A stretch of 32,214 nucleotides of DNA. Source: a virus. Its lineage: Duplodnaviria; Caudoviricetes. The notes below the pieces were generated by a model that saw only the letters and a list, made by a program, of their open reading frames with translations, was not told the origin of the DNA and searched no databases. Location: positions 1 through 32,214 of the IMG/VR virus record IMGVR_UViG_3300032327_000225. One strand, 5' to 3'. This document shows positions 8,522 through 17,124 of this stretch, one piece after another (position 1 is the first letter of the stretch; each line of letters opens with the position of its first letter). The position numbers and the translations under genes are program-made.

Positions 8522-10096
8522 TTATTGCCGTGCGTTAAATGTGTACGTGATGATTCCACCAGGTGGGTTTGTCTGTTGATTGTAATACACAACCACAAGA
8601 TTCTTTGTAGTTTTTACTTCAGCAAAGAAATTTATACCACCATCATTTACTCCAGTGTAGGTAAAGTTGTCTTTTACAGTGGCAACTGTACCGTTAACCA
8701 TTATGTCTAATACACCTTGTCTATTGACTCCATTATTTGTTTTAGTTAATGTATAGTTAATAGAGATACTCTGACCAACTCCAGCGTTTCGAGGATATCC
8801 AAACATTTCAATTCTTGAAAAATTTGATCTAGGTACTGTATATACAATTGGAGTTTTTGATTTTAATGCTACAGGACCAGCTACTAATGGTCTAACAACC
8901 ACTGCTGCATTAGTGTCCGAAAGATAAAACGTTGAGGCATTGATCACTGTTAATCTATCAAATGTATCACCTTCTGAGTAATTGCCAAAAGAACTAAACT
9001 TTATAATTTCGGTAGCCTGTGTAGTTGGCGAGTCACCTAGTTGATTATTGCCAACATCGTAATAATAATTGTTTACACTATTGATATCTGAAATAACTGT
9101 GGTGCTGGTAGATCCAGAAACAATTGCTTGACGATTAATATTGCTAAAAGTATTACTGTTGATTTGAATATGACGAGGACCGTATTGTTGTGGTGCCAAG
9201 CCAGTTGATATTTCACCTAGAACGATTCCTCTATCTAGGCGTTTGAATTTGTTTTCTGTAATAGTTATATTTGCAATATCGTAATTGCTTGTAATAGCTG
9301 ATGCTAAATTGTAAAATAGACAATTTTTAATTGTTACATTGTCTGTTAAATTTGCTGGATATGGCGCTGTGTCCCTTAGATTTACTGCGGTTGCCTGTGT
9401 GCTTGCTGGACTATCGCCTAGGAAGTCACAGTCTTCAATCAAGCTGTTCATTAGACAGTCTAACTGCATAACAGGAGCCGAATTTGTTACAGTAGATACA
9501 AATGTAAATCCATTAATTCGAACGTTACGTGGGCGATCACTGAGAGCAAATCCAGCATCGTTAAATGATTGATTGTTTCCGTCCAGTGTTTGGAATGTTG
9601 AAGCAGTTGACACATTGGTAATAACTGTTTTTTCAGAGCCTGCTCCGCGAAGCTCAGCGAGTGGTGGAATATAAATTGTAGCAGTTATATTGTAACTGCC
9701 TTCTGGGAAGTATAAGGGTTTGCCAATATTGGCAGCGTAGGTAATTGCGTTTTGAATAATAGTAGTGTGATTGGTAACAGTATTGACATCGCCAAAATCA
9801 TTTAGACTAACAATGTCATCAAGTTTATTTTGAACAGATCTGTATATGGCATCAGTAACTGTTTGATTACCGTATGTGTAACCGTTATCGGCTAGTAGAA
9901 AGAAATTGGTATCGTGTTCGGTGATAATTTTCGTATTACCAATTGCTGGGGCGCCTTCTCCAACAGCACCGTTACCGATGTACAACTCTTGTTGGTCAAT
10001 GCTCCATCCAAATTCTCCACTGGATAATTGTGGGAAATTTGTTTGGGCTGTTTGCCCTCTGCGTTGCTGAATTTTCGAGATTTGGATTATTGCCAC
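8522..10096 (-). CDS. Virion (baseplate/tail) protein with pectin-lyase-like right-handed beta-helix
   Basis: N-terminus AIIQISKIQQRRG...LSSGEFGW..D..ELYIGNG, then RSVQNKLDDIVSLNDFG and LYFPEGSY, and Asn-ladder repeats (I.NN.F.N). Late promoter 10119-10124 and SD AGGAGA. Confidence 0.8.
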   Translation of the reverse strand: MAIIQISKIQQRRGQTAQTNFPQLSSGEFGWSIDQQELYIGNGAVGEGAPAIGNTKIITEHDTNFFLLADNGYTYGNQTVTDAIYRSVQNKLDDIVSLNDFGDVNTVTNHTTIIQNAITYAANIGKPLYFPEGSYNITATIYIPPLAELRGAGSEKTVITNVSTASTFQTLDGNNQSFNDAGFALSDRPRNVRINGFTFVSTVTNSAPVMQLDCLMNSLIEDCDFLGDSPASTQATAVNLRDTAPYPANLTDNVTIKNCLFYNLASAITSNYDIANITITENKFKRLDRGIVLGEISTGLAPQQYGPRHIQINSNTFSNINRQAIVSGSTSTTVISDINSVNNYYYDVGNNQLGDSPTTQATEIIKFSSFGNYSEGDTFDRLTVINASTFYLSDTNAAVVVRPLVAGPVALKSKTPIVYTVPRSNFSRIEMFGYPRNAGVGQSISINYTLTKTNNGVNRQGVLDIMVNGTVATVKDNFTYTGVNDGGINFFAEVKTTKNLVVVYYNQQTNPPGGIITYTFNARQ

Positions 10097-10117
10097 TTTG
10101 AACTTCTCCTGTATGTG

Positions 10118-10801
10118 TTATTTATCGTACCAAACTCGTTTATTATCTACAAGTTTCCATCCTCTTCCTTTGCATCCGTTATCAACTATAACTTTTCCAC
10201 GTAAATTTTCATATGGGGATAATTTAGGCATGTCTGCACGTCTAATACGCCACCCTTTTGTCTGCTTTTGAAATAAGTGACTTTTAGGATTATTAAGTGC
10301 TGTAGGCATAGATTTATCTACATTATGTTCTTCACACCATTTGGATATATTTTGAACATACACTTCTGTTGGGTTGATGACTGTACTTACATACCACCCT
10401 TTAGTACGCTTTTCAGCTTGGTTAGCATACAAGTTTGTTTTTTCTTCTGGACTTAATAATTTCCACCAAGTTCTAATTCCTTGCATTGTGTTGTTACTAG
10501 TATCTCTAGTGGCATAATTTATAAACTTGCTTAAATCTCCACCCTCACCGCCTGATGCCAGATTATAGCTCATAGGATCAGTTGTAGCATTACTTTCAGC
10601 TATCCAGTGCTTTTCTCGTTCGGCTAGATGTGTTTTATTATTGCAATATTCAAGGACAATTTTTTCAAAATTTTCCTTTCCATATTTGTTAATTGCATTT
10701 TTGAGGATTTTTCCAGATCCAAGATAATATGCGTTATTACCTGCATCTTTTCCAATGTACCACTTGCCGTTTATTTTATTAACAACCTTATAAATTATCA
10801 T
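10118..10801 (-). CDS. Free-standing GIY-YIG homing endonuclease (Seg-like)
   Basis: IYKVVNKINGKWYIGK, YLGSG, KYGKENF, EREKHWI and YNLASGG; TAAATA 5 nt before the ATG. Confidence 0.92.
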   Translation of the reverse strand: MIIYKVVNKINGKWYIGKDAGNNAYYLGSGKILKNAINKYGKENFEKIVLEYCNNKTHLAEREKHWIAESNATTDPMSYNLASGGEGGDLSKFINYATRDTSNNTMQGIRTWWKLLSPEEKTNLYANQAEKRTKGWYVSTVINPTEVYVQNISKWCEEHNVDKSMPTALNNPKSHLFQKQTKGWRIRRADMPKLSPYENLRGKVIVDNGCKGRGWKLVDNKRVWYDK

Positions 10802-10836
10802 ACAAATATTTAGCTAGATATCTGTACAATAGGCAT

Positions 10837-11574
10837 TTATCCAAATAGTTTGTAATATTCTTCAACTTTGTTGAGCCATTGATCTTCCCAATAGTTAAAA
10901 TCTTTTGGCAATAGATCAAATTGCTGATATTTTGATTCTCCGTATACTCCGGGTGTTATTTCAAGCGGTTTAACTGCCATAAAGATAACACCTCTACGAA
11001 TATCGGTACCATATACTTTATTATGAGCAAGGATATATGCTACTAATTGCATCCGGTAATCGTCAACATACGATTCTTTTTTTTCTTTGTTTGATTGTTT
11101 ATGGTCCATTACAGCGGGCTCACCATCATAAACGCCTAGCAAATCTGTTGTACCCGAATAAAGTCCCGGGTAATATAAACTCTGCTCCATTGCCCATACT
11201 TCGTTTACTTTGCTCAATCCATTAGCAATAATAACATCAGCCATCTTATTAGCAATTTGATGGACTATGTTATTACCAGGCGTTCGAGGTACTCCAGCAA
11301 GAAAACATTCCAAATTTTTGTGCATGCTGGTTCCTCTCCCAGATGCCTCTGTTACAATTTGTTGTGCTTTCTCTTCACCAATGCGTTTCTTCCACTCATT
11401 CAAGTGTGTCATGTCCTTAGTTGCAGATAGGATTGTTGTTACACTAGGTAGACGCTCACCGTCGGGGGTGGCATAGACACGCTTGCGTGTTACAGGATCA
11501 TTAATCTGTTTACAGGCTTTATATTGAAAACGTTCTACAAATGGTGGTGGGTTTATTGTTGTTATTGTGTCCAT
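10837..11574 (-). CDS. PD-(D/E)XK exonuclease (MGME1/Cas4-like phage exonuclease)
   Basis: LPSVTTIL, RGTSMH..LE, E..LY..LYSGTTD, DHKQS and QL.AY. Start is ATG 11574 or GTG 11577. Confidence 0.88.
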   Translation of the reverse strand: MDTITTINPPPFVERFQYKACKQINDPVTRKRVYATPDGERLPSVTTILSATKDMTHLNEWKKRIGEEKAQQIVTEASGRGTSMHKNLECFLAGVPRTPGNNIVHQIANKMADVIIANGLSKVNEVWAMEQSLYYPGLYSGTTDLLGVYDGEPAVMDHKQSNKEKKESYVDDYRMQLVAYILAHNKVYGTDIRRGVIFMAVKPLEITPGVYGESKYQQFDLLPKDFNYWEDQWLNKVEEYYKLFG

Positions 11575-11579
11575 CACTA

Positions 11580-11608
11580 ATTATACTACAGTTTTGAGTG
11601 TGGTGCAA
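11580..11608 (-). promoter_or_regulatory. Sigma70-type (early) promoter of the exonuclease gene
   Basis: TTGCAC-17 nt-TATAAT on the minus strand, ending 5 nt before ATG 11574. Confidence 0.75.
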
Positions 11609-11611
11609 CCT

Positions 11612-11965
11612 TTATTTTAAGGCAGCGGATGCGGCGTTGCTGGCCATTTGATCTATGGATTTGCCGGCAGTAGAGTCCTTGCTGGATACTGCGGGTTCTT
11701 CTGGAGTCGACACTTGAGTTTTAAGCACAATGCCTTGTGGAGTAACGTCCTGGATAAGTTCACCTTTTGGATCAACTTGATTTTTAACTTTGGCCATTAT
11801 GTCTTGTGTAATTTCGCCATAACCTTGTGATCTCAACATGTTATTGATTGCAGGCCACGGGACGATAGATGTAGTACGTTTGGTATCAGCACGACCTTGC
11901 ATAACTTTTAAAACATTAGCAAGGTCATCCTGGAATTGACTACCAGCGACTTCAAAGAGGCGCAT
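11612..11965 (-). CDS. Hypothetical protein, probably head-associated
   Basis: MRLFEVA N-terminus; TAATG coupling to the upstream gene. Confidence 0.7.
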   Translation of the reverse strand: MRLFEVAGSQFQDDLANVLKVMQGRADTKRTTSIVPWPAINNMLRSQGYGEITQDIMAKVKNQVDPKGELIQDVTPQGIVLKTQVSTPEEPAVSSKDSTAGKSIDQMASNAASAALK

Positions 11966-13173
11966 TATGAACCTAAGATTTTCATCAAGCGATTGCCACG
12001 CTCGATGCTCTCACGCTTGATGCGTCCTGTTGTATCTGAGCCACCTGCAGCTGCATCACTTGCGGCAAACTCGTCAGCTGGCATATTCATTTCGTCTGGA
12101 GCTGTCATGTCCATGTTTGCATCAACATCGTCCATACCTGGATCTTGACCCATTTGTTCTTCAGCAGGAGCTTCGCCAGCTAGAACAGCAACAGCATTGT
12201 TGATTTCTTCACGAGCTGATGTTAGTGCGCTTAATGCACCTTCTAGTGCTGTGCCAACTGATGACTTGAATGTCTCAGCTTCTTGCATGCCAAAGTTAGC
12301 GCGAATGTTATCTGCTAGTTCAATCATGCTCTTGGTTTGATAGTTACCAACACGTTGCATCCATGATGTAAAGTCATTGACCATGTCAGCAGCGGCTGTG
12401 ATAGATTTGGCTTTGCCTTCTTCATCTTCGGCGATGTAGTTGGCAATACCTTCAGCGATGAACGCTTGATACGCACGATGTTTTAGTTCTGTGCTTTCTT
12501 TAACTGCTTTTTTTGATCTTAAATTTTTCATATCTTTAGCGTCGATGTCGCCGTCCTTGTCAGTATCTAATTTCTTTTGACCACCTTTTAATGGCTTGGT
12601 AGCTTCTGTTGTTTTTTTAAATGGATTTTTCTTTTTGTCAGCAACTGCTTTCTTCATTGGCTCTTTCTTGTCGCCATCTTTGTCCATGTCTAGAAAGTCT
12701 GGCTTGGCACCTTCTGTTGTAGTCTTGGATTTCTTTTCTGGAAGTCCTTTGTGTTTTGTACCAGCAAACTTTTCCAATTCTTTTGTAGACATCTTTGACA
12801 TCTCAGCCGATGCGCCTTTACCTGCTGGCTTCTTGCCTGACTTCTTAGCGGCCAGTGCAATACCAGCAGCTTGTTGCTGTGCTTTGCTAACCGCTTTCTC
12901 CGCAAGTACAATTGACTCACCTAGCATTTCTTTAATCTTTGTATTTAGAACGCTGAGAATAAACTTGTCTTTCTGATAGCTTTCATTTGAAAGCAAATCA
13001 TTAAAGTTAGCAGTAGTTTCTGTAGTAGCTAGATTAGTACGATACCTGTTGCGAGCATCTTCTAATTGTTCACGAGTATATTTGTCAAAGTTAATTTTAA
13101 CATTGAACTGTTTATACAAAGTTTCATTTAGAGACTTTGCTGTTATGGGGCGAGCTATTTCAAAAGTTTTCAT
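11965..13173 (-). CDS. Prohead core/scaffold-like protein with inserted DUF3008-like and DxDxDG modules (start probably ATG 13173)
   Basis: Charged helical protein containing AVSKAQQQAAGIALAAKK...KGASAEM...KELEKFAGTKHKGLPEK (DUF3008-like), KPDFLDMDKDGD and LDTDKDGDID, with an acidic tail. Late promoter 13198-13203. Confidence 0.65.
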   Translation of the reverse strand: MKTFEIARPITAKSLNETLYKQFNVKINFDKYTREQLEDARNRYRTNLATTETTANFNDLLSNESYQKDKFILSVLNTKIKEMLGESIVLAEKAVSKAQQQAAGIALAAKKSGKKPAGKGASAEMSKMSTKELEKFAGTKHKGLPEKKSKTTTEGAKPDFLDMDKDGDKKEPMKKAVADKKKNPFKKTTEATKPLKGGQKKLDTDKDGDIDAKDMKNLRSKKAVKESTELKHRAYQAFIAEGIANYIAEDEEGKAKSITAAADMVNDFTSWMQRVGNYQTKSMIELADNIRANFGMQEAETFKSSVGTALEGALSALTSAREEINNAVAVLAGEAPAEEQMGQDPGMDDVDANMDMTAPDEMNMPADEFAASDAAAGGSDTTGRIKRESIERGNRLMKILGS

Positions 13174-13200
13174 TTTAGGTTCCAAAAATCTATATTGTAT

Positions 13201-13668
13201 TTATGTCAGTTTACACAACTTGTTGAACCGAGAGTCGATGCTTTTTTTATAAAACAGCTTCTGTTCACAGGCTGTAGCGGCTTTTCCAAGGATATAATCA
13301 ACTTTATCCGGGTCTTTGTCTTTGGATGCTCGAATTGCGCAGGCATTAGCAGCTTGTTCAGCAAAGGCTTTGTAACCGTACCACTTGTCATTTTCAATTA
13401 ATTGATCGTCAATCCATCTTCCCAGAGCTAGGTCATTTGCTATGATAATAGCAGTTTGAGCTAGATTTAATGGTCCGGCTACATCATGATTTCTACTGTT
13501 TTTAATAAAATACGCACCGGTTCTTTTTACAACAGAATATGTGCCAATTTGGACACTGCCGTTTTTTTGCTGAGTAGGTAGCACAATTCCTTTGCTTTTA
13601 AACTCTTGTTTAACTGCTTGGGCTAATTGTTCAAACTTTTCAAATAGGTGTTTTTCTGTTAATGGCAT
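13201..13668 (-). CDS. Hypothetical protein
   Basis: 155-aa ORF in the late operon. Confidence 0.7.
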   Translation of the reverse strand: MPLTEKHLFEKFEQLAQAVKQEFKSKGIVLPTQQKNGSVQIGTYSVVKRTGAYFIKNSRNHDVAGPLNLAQTAIIIANDLALGRWIDDQLIENDKWYGYKAFAEQAANACAIRASKDKDPDKVDYILGKAATACEQKLFYKKSIDSRFNKLCKLT

Positions 13669-13861
13669 TTGTCTTGAGAGTTATATGTGTGCTATCGTTA
13701 CTTATTTCGTACACACCCTTGCGGACCAAATTGCGAGCCAGCACTTCCTCTCTATCGAACAAAGAGTGGATGGGAATCTCTTGACGATGATTCTTGATAA
13801 ATTCATTTTCTTCGTTGGTGAGAAGAATGGAGGGAGCACCTAGAACTTGATGTATTTTCAT
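13640..13861 (-). CDS. Hypothetical protein (possible winged-helix-like)
   Basis: LTNEENEFI...DREEVLARNLVRKGV; ATGA overlap. Confidence 0.65.
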   Translation of the reverse strand: MKIHQVLGAPSILLTNEENEFIKNHRQEIPIHSLFDREEVLARNLVRKGVYEISNDSTHITLKTNAINRKTPI

Positions 13862-14304
13862 GAGCCTTGGCTTTGATTCTGTGTTAACTGCTGTTTAATT
13901 TTCATAGCAGTGACTTGAGGCGGTTGTCCAATTCCCTGCGCAGTCTTAGGTACTGGTTTACCTGCGGCGGTTGCAACTGGTGGTTGACCCATCGGTTGGC
14001 CTTGTTGCTGTGCTGCGGTAACTGGCGCTGTTTGAACTGTGCCAGCCGCTGCTTGTGGTTGTGTACCTGGACCAACTGTGCCTTTGGCAGTTTGAGCAAC
14101 TCCGGCTTGACCTGGTGCAGGTTGAGCTTGTGCTGTTGGTTGTGTGGCCTGTTGTAGCGCGGCTTTTTGTAAATCGGCTATTTGTTTTTGTAGATCAGAA
14201 ATGCCAGCTGTTAGCTTTCCAATGTCTTGTTTTTCTTCCCCAGGAGCTGCGTTGCCCGGCGGCACGGATAAATTTGCTTCCTTAAAGAATTCTCTTGCTC
14301 GCAT
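13858..14304 (-). CDS. Gln/Ala/Pro-rich low-complexity protein with CTS-like N-terminus
   Basis: MRAREFFKEA, a short coiled coil and a long QPA-rich disordered tail. Confidence 0.7.
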   Translation of the reverse strand: MRAREFFKEANLSVPPGNAAPGEEKQDIGKLTAGISDLQKQIADLQKAALQQATQPTAQAQPAPGQAGVAQTAKGTVGPGTQPQAAAGTVQTAPVTAAQQQGQPMGQPPVATAAGKPVPKTAQGIGQPPQVTAMKIKQQLTQNQSQGS

Positions 14305-14305
14305 A

Positions 14306-14548
14306 TTAGTGAGGCAGTTTTGTTAGGACGACAACCATAGTTGATAAAACTCCAGCTATTACAGTGCCCGCTGTACCTATCAATACTTTAACCATACTCA
14401 TGTGGCTTTTTTCAATAGTTTCTTGTAAGGTGCTTACTTTGCCTTCAATCGTAGAAAGGCGATTGTCGAGCTGTTTGTATCTTTCAGCACATAATTCAAC
14501 GTGGGCTTCTAGGTTTTCTTTTTCAATTTCTGTAGTTCTTGATGTCAC
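14306..14548 (-). CDS. Coiled-coil protein with single C-terminal transmembrane helix
   Basis: EKENLEAHVELCAERY coiled coil followed by VLIGTAGTVIAGVLSTMVVVL; SD GGAG. Confidence 0.75.
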   Translation of the reverse strand: MTSRTTEIEKENLEAHVELCAERYKQLDNRLSTIEGKVSTLQETIEKSHMSMVKVLIGTAGTVIAGVLSTMVVVLTKLPH

Positions 14549-14603
14549 TTTCTCTCTCCAAAATGTACTTCCCCGGTTTGGACTGCGTATTTTTCAAATG
14601 TGC

Positions 14604-15017
14604 CTAAAGTGCCTTGACCACAGTATTTGTAAAAGATTTATCATTTAAATCGAACACTGCCTGCACTGTATTTATTGTTTCTGTCAAATTTAGTATCACT
14701 GGGACCTTGTCTAAATCGCGTTGAAGCAGTGCCACATGATCGTCGCCTTGGGCAAACCCGCCAGTACGATCGGGACGAAACTCAAAAGTCCACACTCGGT
14801 GTTTTCCTTGGTATGCTGAGCCAAATCCTAGTCCTTTGACATCAATGATTTTTGAGGTAGGGTTATGATCATAGGTCATAATGGCACGTAGCCCAATACA
14901 CTGCATCAGGGTGGTCCAGTTGCGGAATTGGTCTAACTCTTGTTGGGTCCCTTGATTGATGCGTCTAACGTCTGTGTTGGTGATGTCAACAAGGGTGTGT
15001 ATTTCTATTATGTCCAT
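14604..15017 (-). CDS. Hypothetical virion-associated protein
   Basis: 137 aa; perfect T4 late consensus TATAAATA at 15035-15042. Confidence 0.7.
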   Translation of the reverse strand: MDIIEIHTLVDITNTDVRRINQGTQQELDQFRNWTTLMQCIGLRAIMTYDHNPTSKIIDVKGLGFGSAYQGKHRVWTFEFRPDRTGGFAQGDDHVALLQRDLDKVPVILNLTETINTVQAVFDLNDKSFTNTVVKAL

Positions 15018-15034
15018 TATTTACCTATATAATG

Positions 15035-15042
15035 TATTTATA
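15035..15042 (-). promoter_or_regulatory. T4 late promoter consensus TATAAATA
   Basis: Exact 8-mer just downstream of a terminator, re-initiating transcription. Confidence 0.75.
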
Positions 15043-15045
15043 GTC

Positions 15046-15072
15046 AAAAGAAAAGGGAGTAAAAACTCCCTT
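15046..15072 (-). terminator. Rho-independent terminator
   Basis: AAGGGAGT-TTTT-ACTCCCTT followed by TTCTTTT on the minus strand. Confidence 0.85.
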
Positions 15073-15099
15073 GTCGACTGCTTTTTAAACTACTCTAAA

Positions 15100-15399
15100 T
15101 TATAGAGCAACGGCGGTAACTGTTAAACCAGTTGCAGCTGATAGCTCTTGTAGGTATGTTCCTGCTGTGTACTGTGAACCAGTAAACGCTAGACCTTCAA
15201 CGATGAACTGAATTGAGTCGCTTGAACCAGCTGTGAAAGCACCGACTGCTGATACAGTAGCACGTAGGCTCAATGCTGTGTACATTGCGTCAACGTCAGC
15301 TTGTGTCATGTTTGTCTTAGCAACTGCAATGATCTGTAGCTCGCGTCCGTAAAACTGAGCTGGTAATACATTACCGTGAATTTTTGTGATTCCTGCCAT
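15100..15399 (-). CDS. Small, probably abundant structural protein (decoration/tail-type)
   Basis: Monocistronic unit with late promoter 15456-15461, a 5'UTR hairpin, strong SD AGGAGA and its own terminator; Ala/Thr/Gly-rich. Confidence 0.7.
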   Translation of the reverse strand: MAGITKIHGNVLPAQFYGRELQIIAVAKTNMTQADVDAMYTALSLRATVSAVGAFTAGSSDSIQFIVEGLAFTGSQYTAGTYLQELSAATGLTVTAVAL

Positions 15400-15483
15400 G
15401 ATATATTTCTCCTAATCTCGATTGGCATACTCCCCTCTGGAGTATTGTGTAAGAGTATTTATCCAATTAAGGAAAAACCAGCT

Positions 15484-15783
15484 CTAATCGTCGTTTTTAG
15501 CGTCGCCTTCAATGATACGTAGACTGTGTTTGGTGTCTTTAGAGTCACGTAGTTTGCGGATACCACGTGTGAATTTGGCAGGGTCTGCACCCTTGATTGA
15601 ATTAAGGAAACGGCGCTCTAGTTCGTATGCTAGTTCTGGGTCGAAGTTTTCACGTATTAGTCCCAGTAGATTAATAGCTGAATTAATAACATGGACAGCA
15701 CGGCTTTCAATGACAGCTTCGGCATCTTTTTGAACAGCTATGTCGTTAAGTTCTTCTAGCAAGCTACGAGTATGTCTTTTCAC
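15484..15783 (-). CDS. Hypothetical protein
   Basis: MKRHTRSLLEELN...; TAAATA at 15803-15808; ends in TAG. Confidence 0.75.
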   Translation of the reverse strand: MKRHTRSLLEELNDIAVQKDAEAVIESRAVHVINSAINLLGLIRENFDPELAYELERRFLNSIKGADPAKFTRGIRKLRDSKDTKHSLRIIEGDAKNDD

Positions 15784-15855
15784 GATTATATTCCCTTTGT
15801 AATATTTAGTTATGCTGTTAATTCATTATACACAACGTTTTGGCAAAAATATATG

Positions 15856-15905
15856 TGCAATTGCAACAAAAATGTAGTCTTCTGATGCTATACTTAAGAT
15901 AAATA
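15856..15905 (+). promoter_or_regulatory. Island promoter: palindrome TGCAATTGCA, extended -10 TGCTATACT and late TAAATA
   Basis: Palindrome 15856-15865, TGn-TATACT 15886-15894 and TAAATA 15900-15905. Confidence 0.55.
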
Positions 15906-15955
15906 GAAGTAAGTGAAAACCATGAGTCTACACTAAATTTAAGGAAAAACACAAA

Positions 15956-16117
15956 ATGTTTAAAATTATCAAGCAAGTAGCACAGGTATTTAAATCAAAC
16001 GGCGCAAACAGCCTAGAGCAGTACATTAACAGCAAGAATCCACAAACCAATGCTGATGTTGATCAGTTAACTCGCGAATACCAAACACAGCCAGAAACCT
16101 GGGCAAGAGGACTATAA
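15956..16117 (+). CDS. 53-aa protein, DUF3563-like
   Basis: Not in the ORF track. SD AAGGA; reads MFKIIKQVAQVFKSNGANSLEQYINSKNPQTNADVDQLTREYQTQPETWARGL*. LE.YI.S......DV....REY resembles DUF3563. Confidence 0.7.
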   Translation: MFKIIKQVAQVFKSNGANSLEQYINSKNPQTNADVDQLTREYQTQPETWARGL

Positions 16118-16118
16118 T

Positions 16119-16235
16119 ATGAAAATCATTCAATCAATCATGAATTTTATCAACGCATTGAGATATGCTAGTCAAGCTGCTAATTTGGCACGTAACGGCA
16201 AATACAAAGAAGCACAGGCCATGTACAGAGACTGA
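16119..16235 (+). CDS. 38-aa amphipathic helical peptide
   Basis: Not in the ORF track. SD AGAGGA; reads MKIIQSIMNFINALRYASQAANLARNGKYKEAQAMYRD*, with TGATG coupling to the GNAT. Confidence 0.7.
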   Translation: MKIIQSIMNFINALRYASQAANLARNGKYKEAQAMYRD

Positions 16236-16783
16236 TGCCCATGGTTCGCAGACTACTTGTACAAGAGTATCCAAAGTACAGAGCGCATCTTAAAACTCTA
16301 GACGAGACTAGTAGACTGTTGAGATTTGGATATCAAATAAGCGACGAAGGCATTGATGCTGTATGCGACAGCGTTGAAAAGGATGTTGTTCATCACATAC
16401 TGTTTTGTATTGAGAATCAACAGTTAGATATTATTGCTGTAGGGCATGTTGCCACCCGTAATGGTATGGAACTGGCGTTTTCGGTACACAAAGATTATCA
16501 AGGACAAGGGCTTGGCAACAGGCTAATGAGTCGCTGTATTCGCTATTGTCGCACCCACGGTATCCTTAAGGGCTGTATGGTTTGTTTATCTAGTAATGCG
16601 GCAATCAAGCACCTTTGCCTTAAAAATGGCATTCATATTCATTCAGAGCATGGGGAAACACTAGCTGATATTGAGCTAGATAGTCCTAATGTCAGTACCT
16701 TTGTGGAAGAGCAAGTGTCTACTAATCTAGCAATATTTGATTATGCTCTTAAGAGATCGTTATTGTCTTGGTCATTTAAGTAA
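16235..16783 (+). CDS. GNAT-family acetyltransferase (Pat/acyl-CoA-synthetase-acetylating type)
   Basis: LD..SRLLRFG, ELAFSV, acetyl-CoA motif YQGQGLG and CLSSNAA. Confidence 0.88.
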   Translation: MPMVRRLLVQEYPKYRAHLKTLDETSRLLRFGYQISDEGIDAVCDSVEKDVVHHILFCIENQQLDIIAVGHVATRNGMELAFSVHKDYQGQGLGNRLMSRCIRYCRTHGILKGCMVCLSSNAAIKHLCLKNGIHIHSEHGETLADIELDSPNVSTFVEEQVSTNLAIFDYALKRSLLSWSFK

Positions 16784-16797
16784 AATAGCCACTTCAG

Positions 16798-16831
16798 TTT
16801 ACAAATAGATAATATATCTATATAATAAATA
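16798..16831 (+). promoter_or_regulatory. Overlapping sigma70 (TTTACA-17-TATAAT) and late (TAAATA) promoters
   Basis: TTTACA 16798-16803, TATAAT 16821-16826 and TAAATA 16826-16831, followed by inverted repeat GACAGCAA-AG-TTGCTGTC at 16836-16853. Confidence 0.75.
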
Positions 16832-16886
16832 CTCGGACAGCAAAGTTGCTGTCGTACACAGAAACACATACACAAGGAGATTTACA

Positions 16887-17123
16887 ATGTTTTCATTTGA
16901 TTCAATCATCGACACCGTTCAAAACGGCAAAAAGCAGTTTGTAGAGACTTTCGTTACAGACGCAAAATTCAAAGCAGAACTAGTCAAATTAATAGATGCA
17001 CAAGCCGAATTTGCCAAAGGTCAAGTTAATACCACCTTAGCAATCGCAGAAGCATTTTACACCAATGCTAATAAAGCGGTTAATAAAGTATCTAAAAAAG
17101 CTGCCAAAGTTGAGGTAGCATAA
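16887..17123 (+). CDS. Phasin-like amphipathic helical protein
   Basis: Small, all-helical, Ala/Lys-rich with no Cys or Trp; IDTVQNGKKQFV.TFV...K.EL..LIDAQ.EFAK pattern; SD AAGGAG. Confidence 0.55.
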   Translation: MFSFDSIIDTVQNGKKQFVETFVTDAKFKAELVKLIDAQAEFAKGQVNTTLAIAEAFYTNANKAVNKVSKKAAKVEVA

Positions 17124-17124
17124 T

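Noticed and set aside
10837-11577. CRISPR-associated Cas4 or a CRISPR locus
   Set aside because: It lacks the four-Cys Fe-S pattern, and no other cas genes or repeat-spacer array were seen. It is an ordinary phage PD-(D/E)XK exonuclease.
14306-14548. Holin call for the coiled-coil plus TM protein
   Set aside because: There is no adjacent endolysin or spanin, and a single TM helix is insufficient evidence.
15824-15850. Minus-strand sigma70 promoter (TTGCCA...TATAAT) for ORF 15484..15783
   Set aside because: The spacer is only 10 nt and there is no TGn extension; the nearby TAAATA explains expression better.
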